From assembly GCA_040954595.2 (NCBI GenBank), contig CM082576.2:1896760-1960759 (forward strand): 64,000 nt of DNA. The letters are read 5' to 3'. Below are positions 22,413 to 36,086 of the stretch, piece after piece (position 1 is the first letter of the stretch; each line of letters starts with the position of its first letter). Below the pieces are notes generated by a model that searched no databases, had not been told where the DNA came from, and saw nothing but the letters and a program-made list of their open reading frames with translations. The position numbers were made by a program, and so were the translations under genes. This DNA comes from Balanoglossus misakiensis. Its lineage: Eukaryota; Animalia; Hemichordata.

Positions 22413-25017
22413 CTAAAAGTCCCACAGTGCCATGGATGTACTGGTCGTCTTGGCGCTCCTGTAAGCTTGGAATAGCTCTGTGAAAAAAAAAGGTTATTCG
22501 CTTTAATGAAGTGTTCTGTCATTGTAGTAAACGTGGCACAACCACTCGAACAGATAAATGCTAGTTGTAGATTTTGCTGTTGCGTTAGGACCGTTTGCGG
22601 GGTACTGTGCGTATGTTACATTTAATACCGTCCATACCAGACGGACGCCCGGAATAGTGATTCTATGAACGAATTTCATGTAACATTGGAATCTTTACTT
22701 TAGTCCAATGTATGAATTATTTCTTGTCCAATAATAAACGAGTCGAAACTTACGTTGCAATTCCATGTCAGACACTATATTTCCGATGAGTCTGCCATTA
22801 CATTTGCAGTGGCCAGTTTCTGGGTCACAAAGGTCAGCATAATAGATACAGTCACCATGGCATTCAATTGTACCATCTGAACAGACTGCAAAAAAAATGT
22901 GTGTCATTAACATCTACGTGTGCCCAAGTCAAATAACTACCGTAGGAAATGACGATAGCCATATGCATTGGAGATATAAAACTAGAGAATTAGTATCACA
23001 AGATATCGTGAATCTCAAAGGAAAGCTTCTTGCTCACGTCTTTGCATTTCTTATATCAGCGACACACACGAAAAGGATAACCCATTGCACATGCGTAGGT
23101 GTGAGGATAACTATCTTTGAAAATGTTATCGCTGTTTCGACGAATGTGTTCAAAGAAATGCAGGTTATAATGTAATATTACAGGATAAGACTATCTGGTT
23201 CAATAGAGTTAGTGTATTGACAAATTCACATGAATCCACTACTTACAATTAGCATTGCCAAATTTAATTAGTTCGAAGTACGCTTGCAGATCATATTCGA
23301 AATTCAGTTGTGGGAAGTCTGGGACACCTGCAAACGAATGATACAGTGTTAATATGGAAAGACAGTTAACATTCATAGATGACATCAACCATTTTTTTGT
23401 GGTCATTTAGAAAAGAAATGCCTCAATGTAAACTCAGGAAATCAATTTACACCAAATCAAACAACGCTGCGGAAATCAATACATTTGCGTCACATTCTGT
23501 TTCATTATACCATCTGCTCTGACGTCATCCTATCTTCATACCCTTTCCATTTTCAACTTGTCCACCCACGTTTCTTGTGGCATGGTGATTTTTCTGCGGG
23601 GTTATTGCCCACTTCAAATTACTCGAAAGAAACGGAAACATCTTTAAAACCCGCGAGACTTGCAAGAATTCCACGTATTTTAAGAATCATCACTTATGTT
23701 CTTGGAACCCATTCAGCAATGTTATATAACGATGGACGGTTTGTAAGGCAGATCTAACTTTCGGATGTCTGTTACGTAGGTTTGCAAAAATAAATATTTA
23801 ACACTCCACGTCTCGGAACGCAGGGGTTGAAAACAAATTGGCACTCTTACGTTTTCTGAAGCAGACAACGGTATTACATCTCATGACTTGGGTGACGTCA
23901 AGATCCTATACAGCTATCGCCCACTTATCATCCTTCGAGATTTCACGCGCCATGTCACAAAAGAATTTAATTCAAACTTTGCTCTTTGCACTCTCGTTTT
24001 CCCAGTTTGTGTTTCTGATCACACCATCCAACAAGTGCCCGAAGTCGTAAAGCTTCCAAGTTGAAACCATACAGGTGACACCGCATGCATTGTAAGCATT
24101 CTATTTTGGGAGTTGTGTGAAATTTGCTCGGTAAGAAAAACTGCCAAATTACATTTTCGATGGTAATAAGTGCCTCCCTTGGTTTTAACTTCACGTTTCG
24201 ACGTATGCTTTATGGATCAAATACGTCCATCTAAATACACGTCTAAACCTACCATTCTGAGTAAGCCATCGTATGCTATGTATGTCGTTGCATGCGATTG
24301 TGGCATAGTTCTCCAAGCAACCTCTGGGATCCTTCTGGTCACTGCAACTTTCTTCTACCCCGCACACCGTTTTCCCGTCACACACCTCTTCTAGACTGCT
24401 GAAACAGAGACCTGAACCAACACCACAATCAAAGCCTTCGCCGTTCGGGCAGGCTGAAACAACAACAGGAAGTGATTTGTTACTTTGTTATTGACAGGAA
24501 AGTAAAACCAGTATTTGTTCACCGATGACATGCAAAGAGCGTCTCTGTCGACAGCACGTTTTAATAACTTGTTGTGTTTTGAAATTCCTTTTGTCATCAC
24601 AATCAATTACCTTTTCCCTTCGATTGTTGTGCTTTGCAAACTAGTCACATGGTTAATAACATAGAACTACTGTTTGCTTCTTCCTTCTGTAGTTTATTTT
24701 AAACACGTGGACATATTGTTTTATGACCCTCCTCAGTGTAGTAAAACTATTCATCCGAAGCACATATAGAAATCGCCAAATTTCTCATATTACACGTTTT
24801 TGGTAAATATTTCTCCTACATATAGACGATAGAAGCGGATAACATCTGCGATTATCACTTGGCACAGCTCTTTCACAGGCGAAATGAGTATTTCTTCTAT
24901 AGCCCAGCATCATTGATGGATGTAATGCCACACCAAACAAATCACGCACAGGGGTAAATTGGGGTTCTGTCATAGCTCTCCAGTCACTGATTACATTGCA
25001 GTAGTATATCAATCTTT
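22413..25017 (-). pseudogene. Cryptic multi-exon Cys-rich gene or pseudogene with degenerate LDL-receptor class A-like modules
   Basis: Four open, phase 1-1, 3n-length exons with AG/GT ends: 25017-24820, 24453-24253 (CPNGEGFDCGVGSGLCFSSLEEVCDGKTVC..EESC), 23327-23247, 22885-22754 (CSDGTIECHGDCIYYADLCD...C). An intervening exon-like block (24100-23851) has stops in all frames. A last acceptor at 22477 leads to a stop at 22413. Confidence 0.5.
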
Positions 25018-26560
25018 CTGAAAGAAATACTTTGTGAAGATTACTACAGACAATATAAAAAGTCCTTTCACGATGATTAAACCCAACATGAACTCCGGAA
25101 TGTGAATGAACGTTGGCGGGGGAAACCTTTTACAGATGAGAAATTGAATGGATACAATGTAGACCAACGGTGATACCCATACCAGAGAAAAACGAAGAAG
25201 TTAGTTTGCCGTTTTAAAGCTCCACTCTGAACCTTCCTGTACATTTTTAGCATATTAATACAGCGTGGTGGTTCGAGCACGTGTAATTAACAACCAACAA
25301 TCTAACCAAAGCAATACTCACAACAATTTCAGACTAACCATGCAAGCACAGTGTGCGTGGGTACTAGTATTACATGTGTCATCGCCAAAGTGATCTTTCT
25401 GCCGCTCTCGTAGATGAACTTGTTTAATCATGGGAACTCTGTGGTGTCCGAGGACAACCTCAGTCTACACGTTAGGGAATTCACTTTGCGCGAGGACTTC
25501 TAATTTACGTTGAGCCAACTGATTAAAATGACTGCAAGGCAGATTCTCTCTAACTTGTAGATATTGTCATCTCTCAGGAGGGAATTTTGTAACAGGAATA
25601 GGTTTTTTTGGACCGATCGATTAACATGGTACTGAGGTTCTACAATTCAACCTGCTTATCAATTCCTCGCAATCGTGTACATGCCTATCGCACGTGCTAG
25701 TATATCATGATAAATGAAGTACATGTATTCACGGGAAATATTCTTCAGACAGGAAGTCAGCTTTGAACGTATACGGGTTATTTATTTTAAGTAACTTAGC
25801 ACCAACCCAGACGCAAACAATAGACATTTGCCTAAAACGTTTTCCCTAATAATTGTAATGAAAAACAAATTCCTATCACAGAAAATAACAAACTCAGACA
25901 TGATTAACGTCCACTCCACTATTTGGAGTTAGCTTTTTCTAATTTCACAACTGCCACAAAATCCATCACTTTTCATGAGGCGAAGATAAGAAACTAGTAA
26001 CGCACATTACAATAATTACTGTGGCAATTGAGTTCTTACAAGTGGCAAATAATTTTGAGCCACAGCGTTTTCGCATGAAACTGGCATTTATTCGCCGCCA
26101 AGTCACGTGTAGCCGCTCAAGAACCTTTTCACCTATTAGGTAAATGGCATAAAGTCACCGATATCTTACTGTTCTCTGACCTCTGCCCAGTAATACTCTA
26201 CGTTAGCGACGTTGACATTTAGTAATTGTCCAAAAAGGCAATCTCCAGTCTTATTATCAAATCCAAACAGATGAATATATTAACCTTCCAATCAGGAATT
26301 TTGTTTAATCGATGACGCATGCTAAATGTTTGAGAGTAATCACATGTAATTTAATAGTTGTGATAACATATGCTTTGATGCCTGTGATCTGATACTTCTC
26401 GTGTCGAGTTCTCGATCGGTGGCTGAGGAAAGAATTTCCCCACATAATTTGACACCGTGTTGATATTTCTTGTATCAAGTTCTATATCAGTTTTCCGTGA
26501 AGAGGTTTCTCATAAGATTAGATACTGTCAGAAACTAAAGATTCACATTGAAGGAATTAT

Positions 26561-26929
26561 CACAGGGAACTTAGTAATTTTGTTATTGTTGTTGTTGTTA
26601 AGATTGGTAATAAAATTTTAAAAAAAAATCAATGTGTCATTTCTTGCTATGTTTGTCGATGTTGTAGATAACTGTAAAAAAAACCCAACCATAATCGTGG
26701 AAAACACGACCTAGGTCGCCGAATGTCACTGTATGTAAGACGGTAGTGACATTCGGCGACCTAGGTCGTGTTTTCCACGATTATGGTTGGGTTTTTTTTA
26801 CAGTTATCTACAACATCGACAAACATAGCAAGAAATGACACATTGATTTTTTTTTAAAATTTTATTACCAATCTTAACAACAACAACAACAATAACAATA
26901 ACAATAACAAAATTACTAAGTTCCCTGTG
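26561..26929. mobile_element. Palindromic non-autonomous DNA transposon (foldback MITE), 369 bp, 7-bp TSD, possibly P superfamily
   Basis: Left arm 26561-26730 and right arm 26745-26929 are exact reverse complements apart from a 15-bp microsatellite expansion; the loop is 14 nt. Termini are CACAGGG...CCCTGTG. GAATTAT flanks both sides (26554-26560, 26930-26936). Confidence 0.92.
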
Positions 26930-27292
26930 GAATTATTGGCACTTTTCATCTTGGGTTTGCTTCATGTGACAGGTTAACAATGCCGTTGCTCTTACGGAAA
27001 CAGAGGTAACCTTAAAAATCTTAAACAGAAACTTTACAGGAAGGTCTGGTTGTGACTGTAATCTGCTGCTAATGTGGAATTGAGTAACTCTCCCAGTCAC
27101 ATAAACTGAATTGGGTCAACGCTTCGTCCCAGGATCAGGAAGGCATCGGGAAATCAAAGCTGTACAATTCCCCATTTCTGGATAATTACTCTCTGTGAGC
27201 CGTTTATATAGTTCGATTGCCTATTGGCACTGAGAACACCTCAGGGGAAAGTACAGTTTGATTTTCCACGGAATGTGATTTCTTTCGTTGGC

Positions 27293-27316
27293 GGGGGGGG
27301 GGGGGGGGGGGGGGGG
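27293..27316. repeat. Poly-G homopolymer (24 nt)
   Basis: Direct reading of the sequence. Confidence 0.95.
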
Positions 27317-27868
27317 TTCATAAAACCGGTACTATGTATGGTTGCCTGTTGAAATCTAATATTTCCCCTCGGCGACCAAAAATAGAATAGCGACAGGATA
27401 ATAACGGCATAAATGTCACGCATTTCCAATTTTCCGGTCAATTACATCACCTGATTTTTCTAGGTTCGCTATACTAAGGAAATTACCTATATTACAATTG
27501 TATATGGTTATGTATTGAAATACTCTATATAAGTGATGGCATAAAAACCGTGTGAAAACACATTCAATTTGTTCCTGTAAATTCCCTTCTATTGTCGCAG
27601 CTTGGTTCTCTTGGCATAATGATTCTTTAGTAATTGTCTATGTTGCTGAGAAAAAGGTACAAATGTAACTTTTCCAGTGCTTAATCTCGTTCGGGCAATC
27701 TTCAGTTGGTGTCGTCTTTTTACTTTTCAAATTCTGTGTCAAAATTTCTTCCTAAAGCCGCAATGTAAAGGCAGGGACTTCAAGATAAACGGCCAAGTCT
27801 TGTTTCTACGAAATCAATATTTGACGAAGAATCCATATTGATGTTTAGGCCTACGTTGTCATAGATAC

Positions 27869-27950
27869 GCTTTCACTAGATGGTCAATAGCTTTCACCAG
27901 ATGGTCAATAGCTTTCACCAGATGGTCAATAGCTTTCACCAGATGGCCAA
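27869..27950. repeat. 21-bp tandem minisatellite, ~3.9 copies
   Basis: Unit GCTTTCACCAGATGGTCAATA repeated head-to-tail with single substitutions in the first and last copies; no spacers. Confidence 0.95.
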
Positions 27951-30900
27951 AGCCGGAAAGGCCTGGACCTTTCTATGCTGTGTTCAACACTATACCTTCC
28001 ATGATTACACACAACTGTTGGTGACGCACGCCAATCTGAATTGCTGGCAAGTCGTGACGTCATGGACTCATTGAAAAAGTAACTAAACACTGCGCATATC
28101 TGGGAGAGTAGACTTCACACCACAAAAGAATCCACCTTCTGCCAAAGATCTTAAAGCAAGAATTGACACTTTTGCACCTGGAAACCCAATTACGCATCGT
28201 CGTCATATCATTCCTTCTCCTCTAACGCCTTGGGACGAAATCACTGATAAATATATCCTACGCTTTTTTTTCATTTAAAGCGCGTTAAAATGTCACAGTC
28301 CTTGTATATATTACAAGAAGTTTGTGTTAGACTAAAATTTTAAAAAATGTGTTGAAGAATTATACAATTTTGATGCATGCAAATTAATAAATGTTCTGAC
28401 AGTGAGGCAATAGCAAATTATATATTCATATATTCAGTATAGTGTTTTCTGTGCATTTTTGGGGGATATCTGCCAACTCACAGAGTAGGATAATAGTTCA
28501 TGTCTTCAATAGAAATATCGTAAACGACTTGATTGTGATCTCAAACACACTTGGCGCTATATTTGTCTGTATGGGTGACATAATAATTATAGTAATTGAT
28601 GCGGAATAATCGTGACCTTGCTCCTTTATGGAAGAGTCCTTTGAACCTCACTTTGGCCGTGATGACGATTAAAACTGTTGACCTTGGTAAACTTGCAGCC
28701 TGTAACCAGAGACTAATCTCACCAAATAGATCTATATTTTTTTTACTGTTTACTACCATAAAGATGACGTTAGCAACTGCGGGGATAATGTACATTTGTA
28801 AAATCCCACAGGAAATAATTAACTAGCCTTGAATAAAGGAAACCGTCACAGAAACCAACGAAAGAAGTGAGTCTTTAATAGATAGCTTTTATAGATTAAA
28901 TGTAGATGTAAGAAATGTGATCTTTTGGGACATCAAGTGCAATCAGTGTTCAGGGCTGTTAAGATTGTATTTAAAAGTTGACAAAGTGAACAGGACCCAA
29001 CGAAGTGAAGGGCGAGGTTGAGGAGGTTACACAGGTAACCTAAGATAGCAAAAACAACATTGGAAACAAAATCAGAATCAAAATCTGAAATGTTAAATCA
29101 TATACCAGAACGGCAAAAGAAAGGGTTGATTTCTACTATTCCGATGGTGAGTCACGTTACTTTGTTTTTGGAACTGGGAAGCCTCGCCCCGCATACAAGG
29201 AGAGGAATATGTTGTATCTGATGACTACAGAGCTCAAATTATCAGTAATTCGCACAGAGCCTCACAAGGGAGAAAAATGGAGAATGAGATCAGAAAATCT
29301 TCTAGGCTTGGGGTTCGCTTAGTCGACCATGCAAGAGGCTTGATGTGGACAGGACGTGGACATTGTATCGTATTCGAAGCTGAAATCTGGTTTGATACTA
29401 GTAGCCTCACACATCGTGTCTTATTTCTAATCAAATGTCGAATTGCGAGCATCTGATAGACCATACATTTCGGGAAGGGCTACTTCCTGCCTATTAACAA
29501 CTCGTATTGAAAGGTTCATACGCGTGCACGGGGCCTTCATGTCTCTTTAAGGCCGATCGAATACATGAGGGACCTGTAAAATATATTCCAGGATCAGTGA
29601 ATCCCCTTGGTAATAACAGTTACATGTTGTAAAACAGTAAAGATAGAATTAAGTATCACTTAATACCTTTCTAATCAAAGACAGAGATGGGTGAATAAAT
29701 AGTAATTTGCAATCGTGGGCTCGTAATGCAAAACCACCTTGAAGTGAATTAAAGTAAGCATAATATAAGTCTCTTTGTAGCCGAGAAGGCAGCTTCAAGG
29801 CGTATTAACTTTTAAGCCTTGTATCACGACCCATCCGCGAAAAGAAGCTACGATATAACACTAACTAGTGTATTTTTGGATTTCCTTGCATCAAGAGTTG
29901 ATTTAATAGAGTTTCAAAATTGCCATTCTTTGTTAGATGTCATATCAGGGTTCACACTAATTTGCAGAGATACTTAATAGGCAAGGGGGGCGAACAATAG
30001 GGGTCGCTCCGGATTGTCAACTGGATTCACATAGAGTCATTCGACAGATGTTGGACCAATCGAGCGATCCCATAATGCATCGCTGGAATCATGGAAAGAA
30101 AGTCTGATCATTTCATCACATGTTTAATTGATTTACATACTTGCAAGCATTACCTGATTATTCACCCTCAAGATATGCAATGCAATATATATTTCAAATG
30201 TCTGATTAACGATTAGATTAATTATAATGATAAGCAGTCCATAAGATAAGCTATTTAAGACGAACGCACACACCATATTATTCTGAAATATAAGCTTTCA
30301 CCTTAGTTGCAAACAACACAAAACATACAACATAATTTTGACCAGAAATGGTCCCCACATATTTAATGTCATTCGTGACCGTTGTTCATGTTTGCATACA
30401 CAATCACTTTGCCTAGAAACGCACTCCTTTTTTCTGTGTCTTCTTTTTTAATTTGGTAACTGGATCTTCTCTTTTAATGTGGTAAATGGATACAACATTC
30501 TCATTAGTCAATCTCGGTCCATTATAAAATCGTTGTTGTCATTTGTTATAAATCTAACCATACGCAATTGGTTTTTAAATGCATTTTCATACTAGTTGAG
30601 CGTCCTTCAAAGTTATCCTTCTTACAGAACAAGTGCCTAGATATTTTCTTGCGCATTTTCTTAGAAAGGATGACATACTATGATATTTGAAACCTAAATA
30701 ATTCAATTGGCTACATTTGCCAATTTATGTAATGAGTCTATCAAGATGAATTGGTTGCCATAACGACAGTCCCTATCAATGTTTTTGGAAAATTAGGATA
30801 GGAGAAAAGTAATTTTTTCATTCCAAGATTGATTAGATATATCGCGAAATCTTAAAGTTGTCTCTCTGCAGGCTTTGTACCATCTGAATGACTTCTTAAA

Positions 30901-33900
30901 ATAAGTTTTAGTTTGGAGTTCTAGTTGTACTTGCAAAAGCTGTACATAATTGGCACCTAGTATCTCTTTTCTCCTCAAAAAATGGTATGTAGGAATAGAG
31001 TTTTTCTGCAAAGCATTCCAGTCGTTTGAATTGTTACAGAACATGTCGAGGCCGGCGGTTCATGTCCTTATCCAGAACAATTTATTAATGGCTGACAACA
31101 GGGAATAGACGGTGGTATCATCTTGATTACTAGCCGGCGTCGCATCATGCATGGACATGATCATTTATCGGATATAAGGAAACGGTTAAAATGAGAACTT
31201 ACCTTTGATGCGTAAGGCACGCACTGCTTCTTCCCTGGATAGTTTCACTGGTGGTAACATTGAATCTTCTACCTGCCCACTTCCCTAAATGTAAAAATGC
31301 AACGTGGCCCTATCATAATGAAATTTTGGCGGAAGTATTTTAATTAATATATTGATTCTGAAATGTCTATGGCGCTTTTCAGTTAATTCATGACGACATC
31401 GGGACTATGATGCAGAAATTGATTCAAAGTATTCGGCAAAATATGAGAAAGACCTGTCAATATAGCAGAAATGTGAATCTTCTTTGGGTGACGGGGAGCT
31501 TGTTGTTTAATCGACGAGATCCGCTTCGATTGTGTTGAGGTCAATGATTCAAACAGATGTGCGAGGATGATAGGTTTTATTGATTTTAGGCGAAAAGTAG
31601 GAAATAAGTTAAGGTTAGCGGAATGCGCAGGGGATGGCATTTATGCGAAGGCGACGAATACAAAGGATGGGAAATTGAACATTTCCATGTTACATTTAGC
31701 CTAAAAGCATTACCCTTACAGGGAAGTGCCTAAATTACTTCCCCGCGAATCAAAATAGTTGAGTACATAGCATGGATTAGGAGTTGTTACTGCAGAGATA
31801 TGAACAAGCTCCGCCGATCCTGTTCTCCGTGAAATTTAATTTGACAAAAAGGAATTGATCGAAAGTGATCCCCTCCCACGCCTGGCTTATACCATAAACT
31901 ATCGCGGAAACTACGCCATCGAAACGTTGCCACGGAAAAGTGTGACCAATTGATCAAGCTGAATGCCGGAGATGAAAAAGTGCGAAATCGGACCCGTTGA
32001 CGCACACTTCAACGACTTACGCCAATGTCGTGACGTGGGAAATAGCATCAAACGTTCCATGTTTTTTTTATCAAAGCTGGTGCAAGAATTCTGAATGCCG
32101 CGTTTTATACGCCTACTGACGTTCAGCGCCCGCGGTAGGGATGCACCTATTCTTCCCAAAGAGGCTTGGTGAAGTTGACTTTTACATCGCCATGTCATTA
32201 CCCATTACATGTGCTCTGGACTACGGCAACTTGTCATTGTACCTCCGGGCTTGCACCAAGGCATTCACTGGATATGACGACTTGATAAATTGAATTTGCA
32301 CGTAGTATAGCCTCATTAACATTCTCTCGTGGATACGTGTTCACGTGAAAACTTTTTTATGGTCATGGCGAGTTTCAGGTGTCCGTATATTATATAAACA
32401 TTACGTCATTCCATGCAAGTGTTTGGACCATGCTCCCACTAGTGAACTTATACTCAAATGATTCAAAACACTTTATAAACGAATTATGAGTGCTGTGGAA
32501 TCTTCTAGACGGATTCTTTCCCACGTCTACGATATCAGTGAGGTATTTCAGAGGCGGATAACGCCAGAACTACTGAATGAGTTAATTGTTTGCCAAGGAT
32601 TCTCAAAGTATATTTAATCCGCCGAAGCAAATGTGTTTTTTGTCTTTAATCCGTTAATTTTCGGGTAAACATTTGCCATAAGAGGTTTCGTTGGTTGAAA
32701 TGTACCACTGAGAGAGAGGCTGGGAAAGCTCGTTGAGTTTACATTTCAACGGAGGCGTGACCCTAAAAATAAATGCTAGCGCCCGCTGGTCTGGCGTGTT
32801 ACAATCGGGCCACTATTGACGTAGCATTAGAAAGAAACTCAATATTACAAATGTAACGTGTCACTGTGAAGGTAGAAAACTTAAATTCGACAACAGGTTT
32901 GAACACACATAGGCGGGACTTGTACGTGTCAGGAATACTAGTTATCTTTGACAAGAAAAGGCAATACGTAGGAAAACTTACGGTAGTAACAACGTGAAAC
33001 CTGCCACTTTACGATACATAACCACTTTGCGGCAGAAACGTTTAAAGGGAAACGTACATTTCTTCATGACTTAATGGAGCGATTGCCTATAATCCCAATT
33101 CTGATTTTAGGAAGATAATAACATAGTTGGTCCTTAATTGCTGTCGCCCGGTTGATACAAATGATAAAAATTGACGATTTGGGGTAAGCGCCAAATTGAA
33201 CCCGAAGGCATCAATCCCGATTTTATGACTCGAACCCATTTATTCTGACATCCTGTATAGTCAGGAGTAGGGTAACTATACTTGTAATCGCATTACACGG
33301 ACATTCAGACGTTTACTCGTTCTTTCACAGTCGTCAAGCAACGTAAAGACACAGATCCGTTTGACCACTTTTGAGTATTACAAGAGAATTTGTGCGAAGT
33401 TTTGTAAGAGGCACATCTTAGTTCTCCACCCAGTAAACATTTATCATTCTCATCCAAATCATTGACTCTCTGTATAAATCCGTATTACTCAATTCGTACA
33501 CAATCATGTATCTATACCAATGTAAGAGGTGTATCGCCCACCTGTAACTTTAGAAAGAGGGAGAGGAAAGTAATTTCACTTACTGATAATAGGTCGAATC
33601 TGGGGAAGGCTTCGATGGAGGTACTGACGAAAACCAAGGCGATATAAGCAAAAATGAGAACGGTGCTCCAACGATCCATCTTCAGTCAATGTTAAGTCTA
33701 CGTTAAGGCAGTAGTTGGATTCTGTTTAAAAATCAATACATGAAATGAGTTCGACACAAAAGACACTAAAATAAAGCCGGATGATATGATTTACCAGTTT
33801 GGTAAATCTGTGACCAGAAACGTTTCCAATTACATTCAGAGAACGAGCTCTTATAAGATGAAAGCGGAAAACTCATTATCAGACAATTAGCTCCTACCTG

Positions 33901-35308
33901 TTGTATGTCTTCCTGCTCAAAAAAGCGGGGTTGTATCAAACGTTGCCGTTCCTGACAATACACCCGTAAAAACCTGGAAGCCACTTCTCTCAGAGAGAAA
34001 CACGGACGAGTTCAATGCGGTAACAGTCCTGAAACTGAGGATGCACATTACACATGCATATATATACACACCGTCCAGAGATGCACCGGGTGCCGAAGCT
34101 TAATAAGCCGTGACTAATATATGCACATATGTTTAAAAGACAGGAGTTCCCTTGGTGACGTTGATCTATGATGGCGATAACTCAAAACCTGTCGAAGGCG
34201 TTGATTAAATCCATTATGCTAATGACCTAGGTATGTCATTGGGGCTACAAACTCGCCGGTTGACTTCGTCACGCTTGATTAAAATCGCCCACAATTTCTA
34301 AGGGACAGGTAATGACTCCCCGTGTAGGTATTCCCGAATGTGTGACTTGGAAAAGACTGACAGCTTCAATCAAATTTGTGGTGACGAATTAGAAAGTCGC
34401 CGTTATGCAAGCGCTAACTTCACAAGATCTGAAGGGGGGCCGAAACGAAAATATAATAAATGAACAGTAACAAAATATGACATTATCTTATATATATACT
34501 CCTGTCTTTTAATCTCGGCTAAAATAGAGAAACCGTTCGACGCATAGAGAGTGAGGGCGTGTGTGTATACGTGAACAACTCCACGACGTCGCAAGTGTAA
34601 ATATACTTGATCTATGATTCGTAACTGACTGTTCCTTAAAGACAAAGTGGCTGTGTGAGACAGCCTCTGTTTTCGTTGTCAGTTCTAGATGAATAAATGT
34701 AAATAAATAATATCGCGGTCCATACCCTGACTTGGATGGAACACAAAGTATTTTGTCACAGTGTCGTTATCTTACACAAACTCTTTTAGTCACTGGAAAG
34801 TTGAGCTTATCCCTGATTTAAGAAAGCTGATTCACAACTCTACCACGTGGAGATTAACGTTGCTTTCGACGAGTATTTTTTTTTTCGGGGCAGGATGTCG
34901 TGGCATTTTGATAATTTTCCCGTTGCTTTCATTCACCCAAAAAGAAAATGAATCAGGCATCCACCGGCCAACCGTCGACGTCAAACGCGGTCCGTATTTT
35001 GGTTAAGTACTGTAGCGCCGCTGTTGTAATGCGTCACGAAGAAGATTAATTCAATACACACAGCGTCACCAGTTTTACTTCTTCCGAACTACCCCTTTTC
35101 CACCTAAAACGGCGCCATCATGAAATGAACCGACAGGGAACAAAGAATGTTTCTGCTATTAATATGTAATGCATGGTATTTAGACATAGATGAGTAACCT
35201 ACGGCAGGTACTTGATGTAAACATTTCATAGTAACTGTAAAACATAAGTATCCCCTCCTCCAGATATTTGAAGTGTTAATTGTGTACCTTTGTATCCGGA
35301 AACATTGC

Positions 35309-35348
35309 GATAGACAGATAGATAGATGGATGGATGGATGGATAGATA
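35309..35348. repeat. (GATA/GATG)n tetranucleotide microsatellite
   Basis: gatagacagatagatagatggatggatggatggatagata. Confidence 0.85.
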
Positions 35349-36015
35349 ATGTCCACTATAAAGTTACAGAGTGGATTTTTAAAATTGAGATTAGAAATTA
35401 GAGTTATAGAACAAGAAGACATTTACCGATGAGAAACAGACAGAGACACCGAGAGAGGCAGAGAGAGAAACGTTGACACACAGTAGTCTATGCGCCTTTA
35501 TAAGATAGAAAATCAATATGCCATCAATGGCTTCGATGAAAAGTAAGATAGTTAGCCATCTTTTATCTAAGTGATCTTGGGATCACAGAGCATGCGTAAT
35601 ATCTTTGTACGCGGTACGTTTGCTTAAATCTCGCCGGAAAACGGGAATTGTACTTATCGTGATCTCACGAGCTGTATATCATATATATATCACTTAAATC
35701 TTTTAGCATTCCAAACTGAATGAAGGCTTATAGAATTGTCTTGTCTTTAATAGTTAAGTCATGGCATTACAATAACACAAACTTGGAAAAATCGTTCTGT
35801 AAATGACCGACACACAACTCAGCTGAGAAGACGTCTTTCAGGACATATCCATTACCATTGCATTTACCCAAAGGAAATATAGACATGTCATTTTAAACAA
35901 AAGTAGTATGAATAATTAAGTTTTGTATTTCCGGTCTCTCAGCGGGAAATATTGTAAAGAATATACATCATCTCCGCGCGTTTCGGTAGGACACGTCAAG
36001 GTATCTGTTGGCCGA

Positions 36016-36086
36016 CACGACACGACACAATACAACACAACACAACACAACACAACACAACACAACACAACACAACACAACACAAC
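36016..36086. repeat. (CACAA)n pentanucleotide microsatellite
   Basis: About 14 units, with CACGA variants at the 5' end. Confidence 0.95.

Noticed and set aside
27241-27441. ORF with a poly-proline run
   Set aside because: The run is the translation of the 24-nt poly-G tract.
27869-27950. Repeat that could be mistaken for a CRISPR array or an MVNSFHQ-repeat peptide gene
   Set aside because: Contiguous 21-bp tandem units with no spacers, eukaryotic context, no cas genes; the ORF arises only because the unit length is a multiple of three.
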